A DNA stretch of 64,000 nt from a virus (Duplodnaviria; Caudoviricetes). The translations under genes and the position numbers were made by a program. The notes below the pieces were generated by a model. It searched no databases and was not told the DNA's origin. It saw only the letters and a program-made list of their open reading frames with translations. The DNA lies in the IMG/VR virus record IMGVR_UViG_3300010354_005141, positions 1,143 to 65,142 of that record. One strand, given 5' to 3'. This document shows, piece by piece, positions 29,144 through 39,195 of this stretch; positions within the stretch are counted from its first letter, which is position 1; each line of letters starts with the position of its first letter.

Positions 29144-29646
29144 CTTAGGCCTGCAATACGTAACATTGCATCTAGTTCTCTAGCATGTGGTTCACCCCTG
29201 GCACTTCTTTCAAAATCGTGGTCAACAACATCGTCAATAAAATCGTCAGTAGGGTCCCCGCCAATTGGACCTAAATCGTCTTGTTCTTCATCTGTTTTAA
29301 TTACAACTTCCTGTCCTGGCTGCGGACCTGTAGCGCCTGGTGCAGCTAATTGAGCTCCAGCAGGTTGAGGAGTTGGATCAAACTGTAAACCGCCTTTTTC
29401 ATCTGGCGTTAGAGCAGCAGCCATTTCTGGTTTGCTTAGGTCAATATCGTAGGTAATGCCTTTTTCAGGATCTTTAATCTGTGCGCTGATGCCTGGTTTA
29501 ATCTGTTGAAGCACTGCCTCGTCAACACCGGCTTCTTTATTAGGTTCAACGGCTTTTCTTGGTTCTGGACCAGTTTTAGGTTTACGAGCGTAAATCTTTG
29601 CTCGCATACCTTTCTTATGTTCACCTACAATTTGATTGACTTTCAT
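29140..29646 (-). CDS. Hypothetical protein (putative head protein)
   Basis: N-terminus MKVNQIVGE; C-terminal MLRIAGL. Confidence 0.6.
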   Translation of the reverse strand: MKVNQIVGEHKKGMRAKIYARKPKTGPEPRKAVEPNKEAGVDEAVLQQIKPGISAQIKDPEKGITYDIDLSKPEMAAALTPDEKGGLQFDPTPQPAGAQLAAPGATGPQPGQEVVIKTDEEQDDLGPIGGDPTDDFIDDVVDHDFERSARGEPHARELDAMLRIAGLR

Positions 29647-30341
29647 GGTTGTTCCTTTAGGCTTAATTCAGCACTTTGCAATTTGTTAATATGCTTTCTT
29701 AAACGATCTATCTGTCCTCTAGCTCTTAATAGTTTAAAAGCTAAATTTTCTACACTAGACTCGCCGCCGCTTTCTAAGCCTGCTTGTCTTAATCTACGTA
29801 AACTAGTCATAGTATCCTTAGCAGTATTTAAGTCATTTGACTGTAAGGCCAAGTTAACCTTATGAGCATAGCTACGAGCTTTGTTTTTAATTTCTTTTGG
29901 ATTAGGATAGTCTAAATGTCTAGGCTCATTGATCCACTTGTCTTGTAATACACTGTAGATACCAGAACTTACATGTTTTTGTTTAGAATCTTGTACGTAT
30001 AACTCAACATTTATACCACGAATGTTAATATCATAAGTGAAATTATATTGATTCTTTTTAGCATCATAAAGTTCTGCTTGTTCCTCGTCTTCTACATCAG
30101 CAATTAGATGTAGATCTATGTCGCTGCTGTCATTGTAATTGTAACCAGCATTACTACCGCTCAATGTTATGTCTCTTAAATTAAGCTCTTTGACTTTAAG
30201 AAACTCCGCAAAATTTTTAGCTATTTTTAATAACTGTAGTCTAATTTCAGGTATTAATTTATGATTTTGCCACAGTGCAGGATTTAACTCTTTACTGACA
30301 GTAATAGGCTCTGGTGCTTCTGTGAAATCTTTTATAAACAT
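29643..30341 (-). CDS. Pol-beta-superfamily nucleotidyltransferase
   Basis: LSGSNAGYNYNDSSDIDLH (GS...DxD) plus VELYVQD; N-terminus MFIKDFTE. Confidence 0.75.
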   Translation of the reverse strand: MFIKDFTEAPEPITVSKELNPALWQNHKLIPEIRLQLLKIAKNFAEFLKVKELNLRDITLSGSNAGYNYNDSSDIDLHLIADVEDEEQAELYDAKKNQYNFTYDINIRGINVELYVQDSKQKHVSSGIYSVLQDKWINEPRHLDYPNPKEIKNKARSYAHKVNLALQSNDLNTAKDTMTSLRRLRQAGLESGGESSVENLAFKLLRARGQIDRLRKHINKLQSAELSLKEQP

Positions 30342-30350
30342 ACATTGGCC

Positions 30351-30764
30351 TTACAAACCTAAAAACTTTAACAGTTTAGCAACGTCCATCTTATCAAACC
30401 AACCTGCGCCTGCTGCAAATGCTAACAGTATTAGTGCATACATGGTAAATTGTTTTTTAGCCTGTTCTAACTGATTAATTTTTCCTGCTAGCTCGTTATG
30501 TTGTGCAGTCTGTTCGTGATGAATTCTTTCTGATTGTTCGTAGAACTTATCTCTGTTAGTTCTATATTCAACTAACATGTCATTTAATTTTTCCGTAACT
30601 TCATCTCTAGTACGATCTAAGCAGTCATGCATTTCTTTGACGTCGTCTTTTAGATCACCTAACTTACTGTCAATGTTGTCAACTTTTGTTTCTAAGACAC
30701 TGACACGTTCGGGCAAAGTTGCCATTTGAGGTAATGCGTCAGATCGTACTGCTGTTCTCGCCAT
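30351..30764 (-). CDS. Coiled-coil protein with C-terminal TM segment
   Basis: ERVSVLETKVD heptads; hydrophobic C-terminus. Confidence 0.6.
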   Translation of the reverse strand: MARTAVRSDALPQMATLPERVSVLETKVDNIDSKLGDLKDDVKEMHDCLDRTRDEVTEKLNDMLVEYRTNRDKFYEQSERIHHEQTAQHNELAGKINQLEQAKKQFTMYALILLAFAAGAGWFDKMDVAKLLKFLGL

Positions 30765-30847
30765 CGTGGCGTTCTCCTTAAATTAAGTCAGGGTCCTTGT
30801 TTGGACATGTGCCTAATGTGAGATGCCTATGATTTTGAGCCTTTGCT

Positions 30848-31258
30848 TTATTTATTTGACTTTTGGTAGAAAACAATGTTTCTACTAGGACCTCTAGTAA
30901 CAAACACATCATAGTTTTGTGTCATAGATTCGTCTAGGCCACTGATATATGGAACTAATTCAAAGTCGTCGAGTAAGTACCCTACAGGATTGTTTTCGAA
31001 TTCAAAAAGATTTTCTCGTTCTGTTTCAAAGTCAAAGCGCCATACATTAACCAGTTGATCTACTTCTAAACCTACTTTTTTACCACCTACAGTTATAGCA
31101 ATTGGTTTTTCATTAAAGTATATGTTTGCTCTAATACCTAGTGTTTGTAAAACTGTTTGGAAGTTTTGTTCTTTCCATCTTAGGTGTTCTTTGCCTGGCT
31201 CTGTTCTGTATTGGCCAGTATTAGTAATATCAACAGTAGTGTACAGTTTATAACGCAT
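30848..31258 (-). CDS. Hypothetical phage protein
   Basis: YTTVDITNTG...QNFQTVLQTLGIR; TAAATA 4 nt before the ATG. Confidence 0.6.
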   Translation of the reverse strand: MRYKLYTTVDITNTGQYRTEPGKEHLRWKEQNFQTVLQTLGIRANIYFNEKPIAITVGGKKVGLEVDQLVNVWRFDFETERENLFEFENNPVGYLLDDFELVPYISGLDESMTQNYDVFVTRGPSRNIVFYQKSNK

Positions 31259-31276
31259 TGCATATTTAACAGCCGT

Positions 31277-31305
31277 AAAAAAGCCTCGGATTGAATCCGA
31301 GGCTT
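31277..31305 (-). terminator. Rho-independent terminator
   Basis: AAGCCTCGGA-TTCAA-TCCGAGGCTT followed by a T run. Confidence 0.85.
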
Positions 31306-31327
31306 AGTTTCCCATCCCGAGTGGAAA

Positions 31328-31738
31328 TTAAGAAATGCTAGCTGCTGCTACTGTGAATGTGTCAGCTCCAGAAACGTTATCGTTTAGAGCTGCTTCTAAT
31401 ACACCGTAACCACCGCTTTGTACATTGCTGTTTGCATCAGCGCTGTTGATTGTGTCAGCTGCAACTAAGAAAGCAATAACTGTATCGCTAACACGTTGTA
31501 CGTAGAACACCTCAGCAACTACTTGTAGAGCACGAATTGCCATTGCATAATCGCTACCTGCATCTGCTGCTGTAGCTGTTGCGAATGGTGTGCCGCCGCT
31601 GGCTGTAGCTTTTAACAATACTAATTCACGTGTGCCAAACTGGCTGTATGGTGTAGCTGCTGCTACTGATGTACCTGGGTGATAAATTACAGCACGGTTA
31701 TAATTTGCTGCAACTGTGGTTCCGACTAAACTTGGCAT
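31328..31738 (-). CDS. Ala-rich putative abundant virion protein
   Basis: Strong RBS, 5' hairpin GCCAC..GTGGC, TAAATA upstream, own terminator. Confidence 0.6.
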   Translation of the reverse strand: MPSLVGTTVAANYNRAVIYHPGTSVAAATPYSQFGTRELVLLKATASGGTPFATATAADAGSDYAMAIRALQVVAEVFYVQRVSDTVIAFLVAADTINSADANSNVQSGGYGVLEAALNDNVSGADTFTVAAASIS

Positions 31739-31818
31739 AATATTTCTCCTCTATATGCTTTAAGCCACTACTCTGTGGCCTTTGTATAATTATTTAGTCA
31801 AACAGCAAAAAAACGGGC

Positions 31819-32667
31819 TTATATAGCTATTTTTGATCGAATAGATTTAAACCAATCAGCTGTGCCTTCTTTGACATTACGCTCTGGGTATTTTTTAGCC
31901 ATATCGTCACGGAACTGTGCTAGTCTAGGGCTGTTAATACCGCCAACGGCAGCAATCATACTTTCTACATTACCTAGCATTTCTGCTGTTGCACCTTTGC
32001 CTAACACAATTTCTGCTACTTTATCGATATCGCGAGTAATAACTTCGCCTGTAGCACGATTTTGTAAAGCACCCCCAAAGCCGTTATATTGATAGGTTCT
32101 AGGCGGAGCACCTGGAATTGTATTAACTAGACTGCTCATAGCATACTGCTGATCTTGTCCAGTATAAGGAGTGTCCTTAATTGAATAATCATGCTCGTGA
32201 TGTTTGCCAATATCATGAGCATATTGCATGGTCATTAGGTCGACTTGGAAGTAAGTAGGTAATCCCTCAACTTCTCCACCTGTAGGAAAACCTATGTGTA
32301 CATTTTTACCTATTTGAATAGTAGGAAAAGTCTGAGACATGTGTGCTGCTAGAGCTTTTCTTACAGCACCATCATCGGCTTTTTCATCTAAATTAAGAGC
32401 ATCTTTGAGATTGTCTGTGTCTAAAAAAACGTCAACATCACCACTGTCAATTTTAGTAGTGCCTTTTTTAGCATAACGGTGTTCAGGATCAAAGGAACCG
32501 GCACCGCCTGCACGCCAAAAACCAGGATCGCCAAGTTCTGCCAACATTGGCTGTAATTGTTTTTTAATTTCTAAGTACTGTTTAGGACTTAATCTAACTA
32601 ATACACCTTTAGTAGGATTGTTAGCCAGTACATCTATACCTAGTTTTTTAAGTGCTGATCCGCTCAT
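31819..32667 (-). CDS. Putative nucleotidyltransferase-fold protein
   Basis: GS...DSGDVDV and FQVDLM acidic motifs. Confidence 0.5.
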   Translation of the reverse strand: MSGSALKKLGIDVLANNPTKGVLVRLSPKQYLEIKKQLQPMLAELGDPGFWRAGGAGSFDPEHRYAKKGTTKIDSGDVDVFLDTDNLKDALNLDEKADDGAVRKALAAHMSQTFPTIQIGKNVHIGFPTGGEVEGLPTYFQVDLMTMQYAHDIGKHHEHDYSIKDTPYTGQDQQYAMSSLVNTIPGAPPRTYQYNGFGGALQNRATGEVITRDIDKVAEIVLGKGATAEMLGNVESMIAAVGGINSPRLAQFRDDMAKKYPERNVKEGTADWFKSIRSKIAI

Positions 32668-32930
32668 TCTTTATTCTCTTGTATTCGTTTGATACCTCTT
32701 TTAAATTTATCAATATCGCCGCTTTTAATGCTATTGATAAATCTACGCTCTAATTCTGCTGCTGTTTCGATGTCATATTGTTCTTTGATAGTTTCTAACA
32801 AATTGATAGCACTTTGAATTATATTAGAGGCGCGACTCTCTATGACCAAATCGGGATTACGATTAATCCCAAGGTCGTTTAGTTCTTGCAAAATACTTCT
32901 AGTACTTTTACGCATTTGGTCATTTTCCAT
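32664..32930 (-). CDS. Hypothetical protein
   Basis: RSILQEL...LERRFINSIK. Confidence 0.6.
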   Translation of the reverse strand: MENDQMRKSTRSILQELNDLGINRNPDLVIESRASNIIQSAINLLETIKEQYDIETAAELERRFINSIKSGDIDKFKRGIKRIQENKE

Positions 32931-33052
32931 AATTATTTAGCGCATTGTAAAACATAACAAACAATAAATCAAGTGATTGTGTTTTGTGCAATGCAATAGT
33001 GTCTAGACTAAATACTCAGTAGAAACCATTACACACATACAAGGAAATAAAA

Positions 33053-33223
33053 ATGATTGATTTCAACCAAATGGTCGTAGCCCTACGACAACTGTTCAAA
33101 ATTAGAACATACTCATCTGATTTAGAACAATATGTAGAATCACGTCGCCCACAAAGCGCTGCTGATATCGAAAGATACACAAGAGAGTATCATCAAAAAA
33201 TCTCACAAGGAGGATGGATATGA
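33053..33223 (+). CDS. 56-aa protein, DUF3563-like
   Basis: Not in the track; MIDFNQ...LEQYVESRRPQSAADIERYTREY; AAGGAA RBS. Confidence 0.55.
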   Translation: MIDFNQMVVALRQLFKIRTYSSDLEQYVESRRPQSAADIERYTREYHQKISQGGWI

Positions 33224-33345
33224 AAAAGTTTTTTGATTGCCTAACCGAGTTCTTCAGTTCTATGGCAAGAGCTAGAGCTGCATCTAGTCTTGCAAGAATG
33301 CACAAGTACGAAGAGGCTAGAAATGTTATGTTAGATAAGTCATAA
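33220..33345 (+). CDS. 41-aa protein
   Basis: Not in the track; MKKFFDCLTEFFSSMARARAASSLARMHKYEEARNVMLDKS; AGGAGG RBS; ATGA overlap. Confidence 0.55.
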   Translation: MKKFFDCLTEFFSSMARARAASSLARMHKYEEARNVMLDKS

Positions 33346-33403
33346 TAGTTGCTTTCTAACTAAAAAAGATATATAATACACATATACACACAGGAGAAGT
33401 ATT

Positions 33404-33682
33404 ATGTTTACACCTAGTTTTTTTATTGATACCGTACAAGATTCTAAACGTATGGTAACCAACTACATTTTTAAAGACCCTACGCTGAATAAAGCTGCTA
33501 ATGATTATATCACAGCCCAAACAGCATTTGCTAAAATGCTAGTGAATAACACTATTGATCTTAGCAAATACAGCGTAGATTCTATCAGTAAAGTTTTATT
33601 TCCGCAGGGTGCGGAGGTAACTAAAGCAGCTAGGGCTAAGGCTGCTAACAAGCCCGCAGACACAAACACACAAGGAGAATAA
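33404..33682 (+). CDS. Small helical protein, possibly phasin-like
   Basis: Amphipathic helical sequence; AGGAG RBS. Confidence 0.45.
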   Translation: MFTPSFFIDTVQDSKRMVTNYIFKDPTLNKAANDYITAQTAFAKMLVNNTIDLSKYSVDSISKVLFPQGAEVTKAARAKAANKPADTNTQGE

Positions 33683-33683
33683 C

Positions 33684-33953
33684 ATGTCTGATTTTAATAC
33701 ACCAAAACTACCAGAAGTTAAATTTAACAAGAACGGATATGAAATCCGTACTGATATCCTAGCTATGGCCAAGGATCTTGTTACACACGATTTTCAAATT
33801 AAATTCCAAGGTTGGGAAATGACTGCTCAACGTGATGAGAAGACTGGACAAATTGTCACACAAGTAGGTATGCCTCAGTTTCCTGGACTAGATAAAGTTC
33901 TTGAAACAGCTGAAAAAATGTACGGTTTTGTTAATAGTGGAATTAAAAAGTAA
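33684..33953 (+). CDS. Hypothetical phage protein
   Basis: NKNGYEIRTDILAMAK...VLETAEKMYGFV. Confidence 0.65.
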   Translation: MSDFNTPKLPEVKFNKNGYEIRTDILAMAKDLVTHDFQIKFQGWEMTAQRDEKTGQIVTQVGMPQFPGLDKVLETAEKMYGFVNSGIKK

Positions 33954-34001
33954 TTATTAATCGGCTAAATGCCATTATTCACGCATAGCGATATGTAATA
34001 T

Positions 34002-34024
34002 AAACGGGCTCTTAGAGCCCGTTT
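34002..34024. terminator. Probable bidirectional terminator
   Basis: AAACGGGCTC-TTA-GAGCCCGTTT between convergent genes. Confidence 0.8.
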
Positions 34025-34027
34025 TCT

Positions 34028-34432
34028 TTATAATATTGATTCTAAATCAAACAGCTTAGGATGCAGTTTGCCCCAGTTACGCATTATAACCGCAGCTTCG
34101 GCATTAGCTTCATTTTCTTGTGGACTACCAGTAGCACCAGCATCGGGACTATCTAATTGATTATCTAAGTCTTGTTTGAAATGTACTAGTTCGTGTGCTA
34201 GTGTTCTACAAACGTCCATTATATGCCTGTTGACGACTGTTATAGTAATGTGCTGATCTCCATATCCACCAAAACTATGATGTTCAACGCTTCTAGAAGT
34301 GTCAAATTTAAAATCAAACTTTGGTAACTGCTTGAGTTCTAAGTGATCTGCGGCAAACCGTATAAATTCAAGAAGAATATTAAACGTATCCTTCTTGCTT
34401 ATTCCTTCCATTAATAATTCAGTAACTTTCAT
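34028..34432 (-). CDS. HExxH zincin-like metallopeptidase
   Basis: RTLAHELVHFKQ...ENEANAEA; probable start MKVTELLME. Confidence 0.65.
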   Translation of the reverse strand: MKVTELLMEGISKKDTFNILLEFIRFAADHLELKQLPKFDFKFDTSRSVEHHSFGGYGDQHITITVVNRHIMDVCRTLAHELVHFKQDLDNQLDSPDAGATGSPQENEANAEAAVIMRNWGKLHPKLFDLESIL

Positions 34433-34445
34433 AATAGTACTTATC

Positions 34446-36065
34446 TTAATCTTCACTCCATACTAGAGCACAGGACACTCTGCTTATCCCGGCGGTACTT
34501 TGTATTGCCGCGCTGACAAAACTACCTGGCGGCACAGTGATACGATAAGCACTGAGGTCTACGTTGATCGTACCGTTGATACCAACCAATGCTTCATAAA
34601 CAGGGGTATCAATAGTAAGGTCGAATGTTCCAGTGGCTTCACTACGAAGTTCGTTACAACGAGGTATGTTTTGATATAACTGTGTTGATGAAAAACTGCT
34701 GGGTTCGAAGAACAAGTATATTCTCGAAGGATCGTTGCCTTGGATACTGACGCTTAGACTTTTGATAATCGCTTCTTTAGTATTCAACACATAGTTGCCA
34801 TTGTTAGCACCTGCCAAACCATTAGTGATCACAGAGTTTCTGATAGTTAATAAGTGATGTAATTGATTCTGTGCTAGGTTACTCTTTGAATTTCCGTAGG
34901 CACGAGTCAGTTCGTTCTGGAATATAGTGCCTTCCACAGCGCCATACATACTACCACCAGTGACCGTTACATTGGTAGTGCCTGTGGTATTATAGGCCGC
35001 ATAGGTAATCTTGAAACTGGGATTCAACGTGTGTACAGTGGTGTGTTGGTTGACATAGTGTTCTCTATGAACATAGACCAGCGCACCGCTGGCTTGATCC
35101 TCTAGAGCATAACTGATGACACCTGCTCCTAGCCAACGCATAGCTATCTGGTAGACATTTAGCTTGGTATGATCTAAAGTCATACCGCTGGGATTTAGTT
35201 CGTTACCGCTACCGTCCATACGATCGACGTTCCAATCTTCCTGATAGGTCCAGTAGTTTGACTGTGCTATGCCTACCTGTTTGGTCTCAAATGTTGCCTG
35301 TGCGTTACCTGTGCTGGTGAAACTGAATGTTCCGTTAAGTGGTCCCAGTGTAGGGCTTAGCCATAGACTAGCACCGTCTGTTTGTTCTGCTGTCCATCCT
35401 CCATATCCACCTACACGATTGACTATGTCCTGCATGGCTACGTCTGCTGAAGTATTGCCCAGTGTAACTGTGTAAGGTACACCGTTTAAGGTAATGGTAG
35501 CAGTCTGCGTGGCATTAGGGGCCACGGTTATTGTCAATAAGGTGATGTGTGCTTTACCACCTGTTGAACGATTGACACCAAATCGATCACCATTCCAACC
35601 AAATACCACACGGTTCTCTTGATTAGTTAGTCCTGCGAACTGTAGACTATTGGCCACACCCTGTGTAAAGGCTGCGGTGAATCTACAGACAATGCCCTGC
35701 CCTGGACGATAACGCATGAATCGTTTTGAACGCAGTACACCATACCCGCCTTGGCTAGTTCCTGATTGTACACGAAACAGTTGTGTGTCTGAACCGGCCG
35801 TAGCTCCTGTGCCACTGGTGTAAGTTTGGATGACATCTGTAGTCGTACCGTAGATGGCATCTAACTGTATGACTGCTGTGGGGCTTATGGCCAAGGGTTC
35901 GCCAAAGGCTGTTACCTGTCCTGCGATGCTAGGACCTGACAGTTTAGCTGCTACTCGAATCTGAGGTTTTCCACCAAGGTCATACTCCATGGCCTTGTGA
36001 AGATTTAAGAGATTAGGTTCATCTCTGTGTTCGTAGTCTGTTGAGTTTTGATGTCTAACGGCCAT
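34446..36065 (-). CDS. Putative virion structural protein
   Basis: Beta-rich and T/G/S-rich; RYRPGQG motif; GC looks higher than flanks. Confidence 0.55.
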   Translation of the reverse strand: MAVRHQNSTDYEHRDEPNLLNLHKAMEYDLGGKPQIRVAAKLSGPSIAGQVTAFGEPLAISPTAVIQLDAIYGTTTDVIQTYTSGTGATAGSDTQLFRVQSGTSQGGYGVLRSKRFMRYRPGQGIVCRFTAAFTQGVANSLQFAGLTNQENRVVFGWNGDRFGVNRSTGGKAHITLLTITVAPNATQTATITLNGVPYTVTLGNTSADVAMQDIVNRVGGYGGWTAEQTDGASLWLSPTLGPLNGTFSFTSTGNAQATFETKQVGIAQSNYWTYQEDWNVDRMDGSGNELNPSGMTLDHTKLNVYQIAMRWLGAGVISYALEDQASGALVYVHREHYVNQHTTVHTLNPSFKITYAAYNTTGTTNVTVTGGSMYGAVEGTIFQNELTRAYGNSKSNLAQNQLHHLLTIRNSVITNGLAGANNGNYVLNTKEAIIKSLSVSIQGNDPSRIYLFFEPSSFSSTQLYQNIPRCNELRSEATGTFDLTIDTPVYEALVGINGTINVDLSAYRITVPPGSFVSAAIQSTAGISRVSCALVWSED

Positions 36066-36071
36066 AATATT

Positions 36072-36338
36072 TTAAGGTTGTGGGTCCCAAGGTCTTCCAG
36101 TTTGTAATCCACCTACATTGGCGTTATCTGAAAGAGCATTACCAACATATACTGTAGGCAGTTCCGTTAAATCTAATTTGTTGTTTACTCTATAATAAGG
36201 TTTAGTGTTATCTAAACTACCTGTTATGGTTCCATCACGGGCAACAGTTTTACCTTGACGTTTTGCTTCTGCTATTGCTAACTTAGCTTCTTGTTTAGCC
36301 TGCTTAGTTGCTAATGTACTAATTCCGTTTGCTGACAT
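36072..36338 (-). CDS. Hypothetical protein
   Basis: [12 protein letters not shown]...GRPW. Confidence 0.6.
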   Translation of the reverse strand: MSANGISTLATKQAKQEAKLAIAEAKRQGKTVARDGTITGSLDNTKPYYRVNNKLDLTELPTVYVGNALSDNANVGGLQTGRPWDPQP

Positions 36339-36691
36339 TATTGTACTCCGTGTTGGTGAGCTGGAAATAAACTAGGGTGCTCGCCTCTTAAATCACTAGG
36401 ATTCTTAGGACCATTCATTCCACCGCCTGCATTTATAGTTACGGCATCAATATCTGCATACTTTTCATTAGGTGCGTTTCCTATAGGCCCGCATGGTTTA
36501 TCTGCTAGATCTACAATTTGTTTAAATCTATTGATATCACCTGTATTAGTAAAAGGGCTAGCATCTGTTGGTGGTTCAACAACTGCCATAGGATGGGCTA
36601 CAATAACTTCAATATCTTTTTGTATTGGGTGTTGGCTTTGCATTTGATCTACAATATCAATCATATGCCTGATGATTTCTTGGACTCTCAT
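36338..36691 (-). CDS. Hypothetical protein (putative head protein)
   Basis: N-terminus MRVQEII; TAAATA upstream. Confidence 0.6.
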   Translation of the reverse strand: MRVQEIIRHMIDIVDQMQSQHPIQKDIEVIVAHPMAVVEPPTDASPFTNTGDINRFKQIVDLADKPCGPIGNAPNEKYADIDAVTINAGGGMNGPKNPSDLRGEHPSLFPAHQHGVQ

Positions 36692-36731
36692 AATAATTTC
36701 CCTAGTTCAATATTTATCGTTAAATATCTTT

Positions 36732-37931
36732 ATGATTGATAAACGTCCTTTTGAAAAGCTCATAGCTGAATTTAAAGAAAACGGCAAATATCGTGTGTTT
36801 AACGATATTGTTCGCGAAGCTGGTAAATTTCCTAGAGCTATTTGGTATGGTCCTTATAGTATTAAAACTATAGTTAATTGGTGTTCAAACGATTATCTAG
36901 GTATGGGACAAAATAAGATAGTGTTAGATGCTATGCGTACTGCATTAGACCACACAGGTAGTGGATCAGGCGGAACAAGAAACATAGGCGGCACTAGTCA
37001 CTATCATGTAGCATTAGAACACGAACTTGCTACATTACATGGTAAAGAACGAGCGCTATTATTCAGTTCTGCTTATGTAGCTAATGAATGGACACTAATT
37101 GCTCTAGCTAAGATAATTCCAAATATTGAATTTATTAGCGATAGTAATAATCATAATAGTATCATCGTGGGCATCCAGCATAGCAAAGCCAAAAAAGTTG
37201 TCTTTAAACATAACGACTTAGATGATCTAGAACAAAAACTTAAAATTAGTTTTGCACAAGAACATACCCCCTGTATTGTGTTTGAAAGTGTATATTCTAT
37301 GGACGGTGATGTAAGTCCTATTGCAGAAATATGTAGATTGGCTAAAAAGTATAAAGCTATAACCTATATTGACGAAGTACATGCTGTTGGACTTTATGGT
37401 CAGCGTGGCGGGGGCGTGGTAGAAGAACTTGGACTTTCAGACAGCATCGATATAATCAATGGAACGCTTGGGAAAGCCTTCGGAGTTCAAGGTGGCTATA
37501 TAGCAGCTGACTCAGTAGTAATAGATGCTATACGATCAGTAGCAGCAGGATTTATATTTACAACAAGTATGAGTCCTGTTGCTTGTGCGGGTGCTATGGC
37601 TGCGGTTAAGTATTTGAAAGAACACAACGAGCTTAGGCAGCTTCATCAACAGCGAGCAGCCAAACTTAAATTAGAATTAACTAACGCTGGTATACCTGTT
37701 ATGGAGTGTGCAACTACACACATTGTACCTGTACTAGTGGGAGAAGCTAAACGTTGTAAAGCAATGAGTGATTATCTTTTAAGTGAGCACAATATATATG
37801 TTCAACCGATTAATTATCCTACTGTTGCCGTTGGTACTGAGCGGCTGCGCTTTGCTCCTACTCCATTCCATGACGACGGGATGATAGAGGACTTGGTCGC
37901 AGCCTTAAAGGATGCATTTAGCAAATGTTAA
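36732..37931 (+). CDS. hemA: 5-aminolevulinate synthase (Shemin/C4 pathway)
   Basis: [57 protein letters not shown]; start refined to ATG 36732. Confidence 0.93.
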   Translation: MIDKRPFEKLIAEFKENGKYRVFNDIVREAGKFPRAIWYGPYSIKTIVNWCSNDYLGMGQNKIVLDAMRTALDHTGSGSGGTRNIGGTSHYHVALEHELATLHGKERALLFSSAYVANEWTLIALAKIIPNIEFISDSNNHNSIIVGIQHSKAKKVVFKHNDLDDLEQKLKISFAQEHTPCIVFESVYSMDGDVSPIAEICRLAKKYKAITYIDEVHAVGLYGQRGGGVVEELGLSDSIDIINGTLGKAFGVQGGYIAADSVVIDAIRSVAAGFIFTTSMSPVACAGAMAAVKYLKEHNELRQLHQQRAAKLKLELTNAGIPVMECATTHIVPVLVGEAKRCKAMSDYLLSEHNIYVQPINYPTVAVGTERLRFAPTPFHDDGMIEDLVAALKDAFSKC

Positions 37932-38161
37932 ACAAATCTTAAAATTTGAGTAACACCAAATACTAGCATCTGTCTTGCTTCTGCATTAGTAGCTTCTTCA
38001 TTTAACTTGTCAGTATTAATTAAATCTTCAAGTAATGCACGAGCTTCGTCTTTGCTAATTTGCCCTGCTTGGAGAGCTTCTCCAATTTGTAATGCCATTT
38101 GGGCACGTTGTTCTGCCCAAGGTAATCCACATCCAGATAAATGTAATAGTTCGTTTTGCAT
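37928..38161 (-). CDS. Hypothetical protein
   Basis: In-operon ORF. Confidence 0.55.
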   Translation of the reverse strand: MQNELLHLSGCGLPWAEQRAQMALQIGEALQAGQISKDEARALLEDLINTDKLNEEATNAEARQMLVFGVTQILRFV

Positions 38162-38548
38162 TTAGAACAATCTCCCTTGAACAGTATGTGATATCATATC
38201 AGACTGTTGTATAATAATTTTCTTTTTAAGTTCGCAGTATGTTGGGCTAACTGGACCTTTACTGGATCTATCAACTAGTTCTTTAACTGTGTCTCGCATT
38301 TTTTCTGCAGGAACAATTACGTCTCTAGTCGGTTTGTTTTTACTGTAAATTTCAAACCATTCTATATGAGAAGCTAGAACCTTAGACTGTGCTGCAACAT
38401 CACCTTTACAATCAAAGTTTCTTGTAGTCTGTTGAATAGTTGTAATTGAATGACTTTGATTGCTGTCCCACTTAACTGGTATCCAATCTTTAATTGATGC
38501 ACATCCTGTTAAACTTAAAAATGCTACTACTAATAGAAGTTTTTTCAT
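38162..38548 (-). CDS. Putative lipoprotein
   Basis: LTGC lipobox. Confidence 0.65.
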   Translation of the reverse strand: MKKLLLVVAFLSLTGCASIKDWIPVKWDSNQSHSITTIQQTTRNFDCKGDVAAQSKVLASHIEWFEIYSKNKPTRDVIVPAEKMRDTVKELVDRSSKGPVSPTYCELKKKIIIQQSDMISHTVQGRLF

Positions 38549-38559
38549 ACCTTATATCC

Positions 38560-39195
38560 TTATTCGTAAGTTACATTATTACTATCACCTAACGCCCATT
38601 TAGGGTTTGTTTCTACTACATACTTCTTAGTGCATACTTTAAAATCGGGAAACAGCATTTCTTTTGGATTACTTGCTGCATCTAAAAATATACATCTGTT
38701 GTTAGGTTGAGCTGCATATTGACCATTATCTAACTCAAGAAAGTTAAAACTTTTATGGTCTTCAGGCCATTCGCTGTAACTAGTATCAATAATATTAAGA
38801 TTGGGACTGGCATTATCTACAGTAAACATATAGTTACCTTGATACAGTTGTTTATCTTTAGCATAAAACTTGCAGCTAAGATTACGCAAAAAAGCTTTTT
38901 GAATAATTGCTATGTCGTAACTAAAACAATCCCAAATTTGTAGTGTATCGAGTGATAGGAACTTGTCTGGCTCTAAGTCAGTGTTCCTACTCACATAAGC
39001 ATGTAAAGGCAACTTGTCATATAACGCACCGTATCTAGGAAGATAAGCTTCTATACGAAACGCTTGGCTACGTAGACTTTTGATGCTGACCCATATACAC
39101 GGTTCATATTCTCCATGACCTTGTTCAAAATCATACAAAAACTCTTTGCGTACAAAGCAATGCACTGGCGGTAGGTTAGCTACCAAAAAACTCAT
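38560..39195 (-). CDS. Hypothetical protein
   Basis: ANLPPVHCFVRKEFLYD...WDCFSY...GQYAAQPNNR. Confidence 0.65.
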   Translation of the reverse strand: MSFLVANLPPVHCFVRKEFLYDFEQGHGEYEPCIWVSIKSLRSQAFRIEAYLPRYGALYDKLPLHAYVSRNTDLEPDKFLSLDTLQIWDCFSYDIAIIQKAFLRNLSCKFYAKDKQLYQGNYMFTVDNASPNLNIIDTSYSEWPEDHKSFNFLELDNGQYAAQPNNRCIFLDAASNPKEMLFPDFKVCTKKYVVETNPKWALGDSNNVTYE

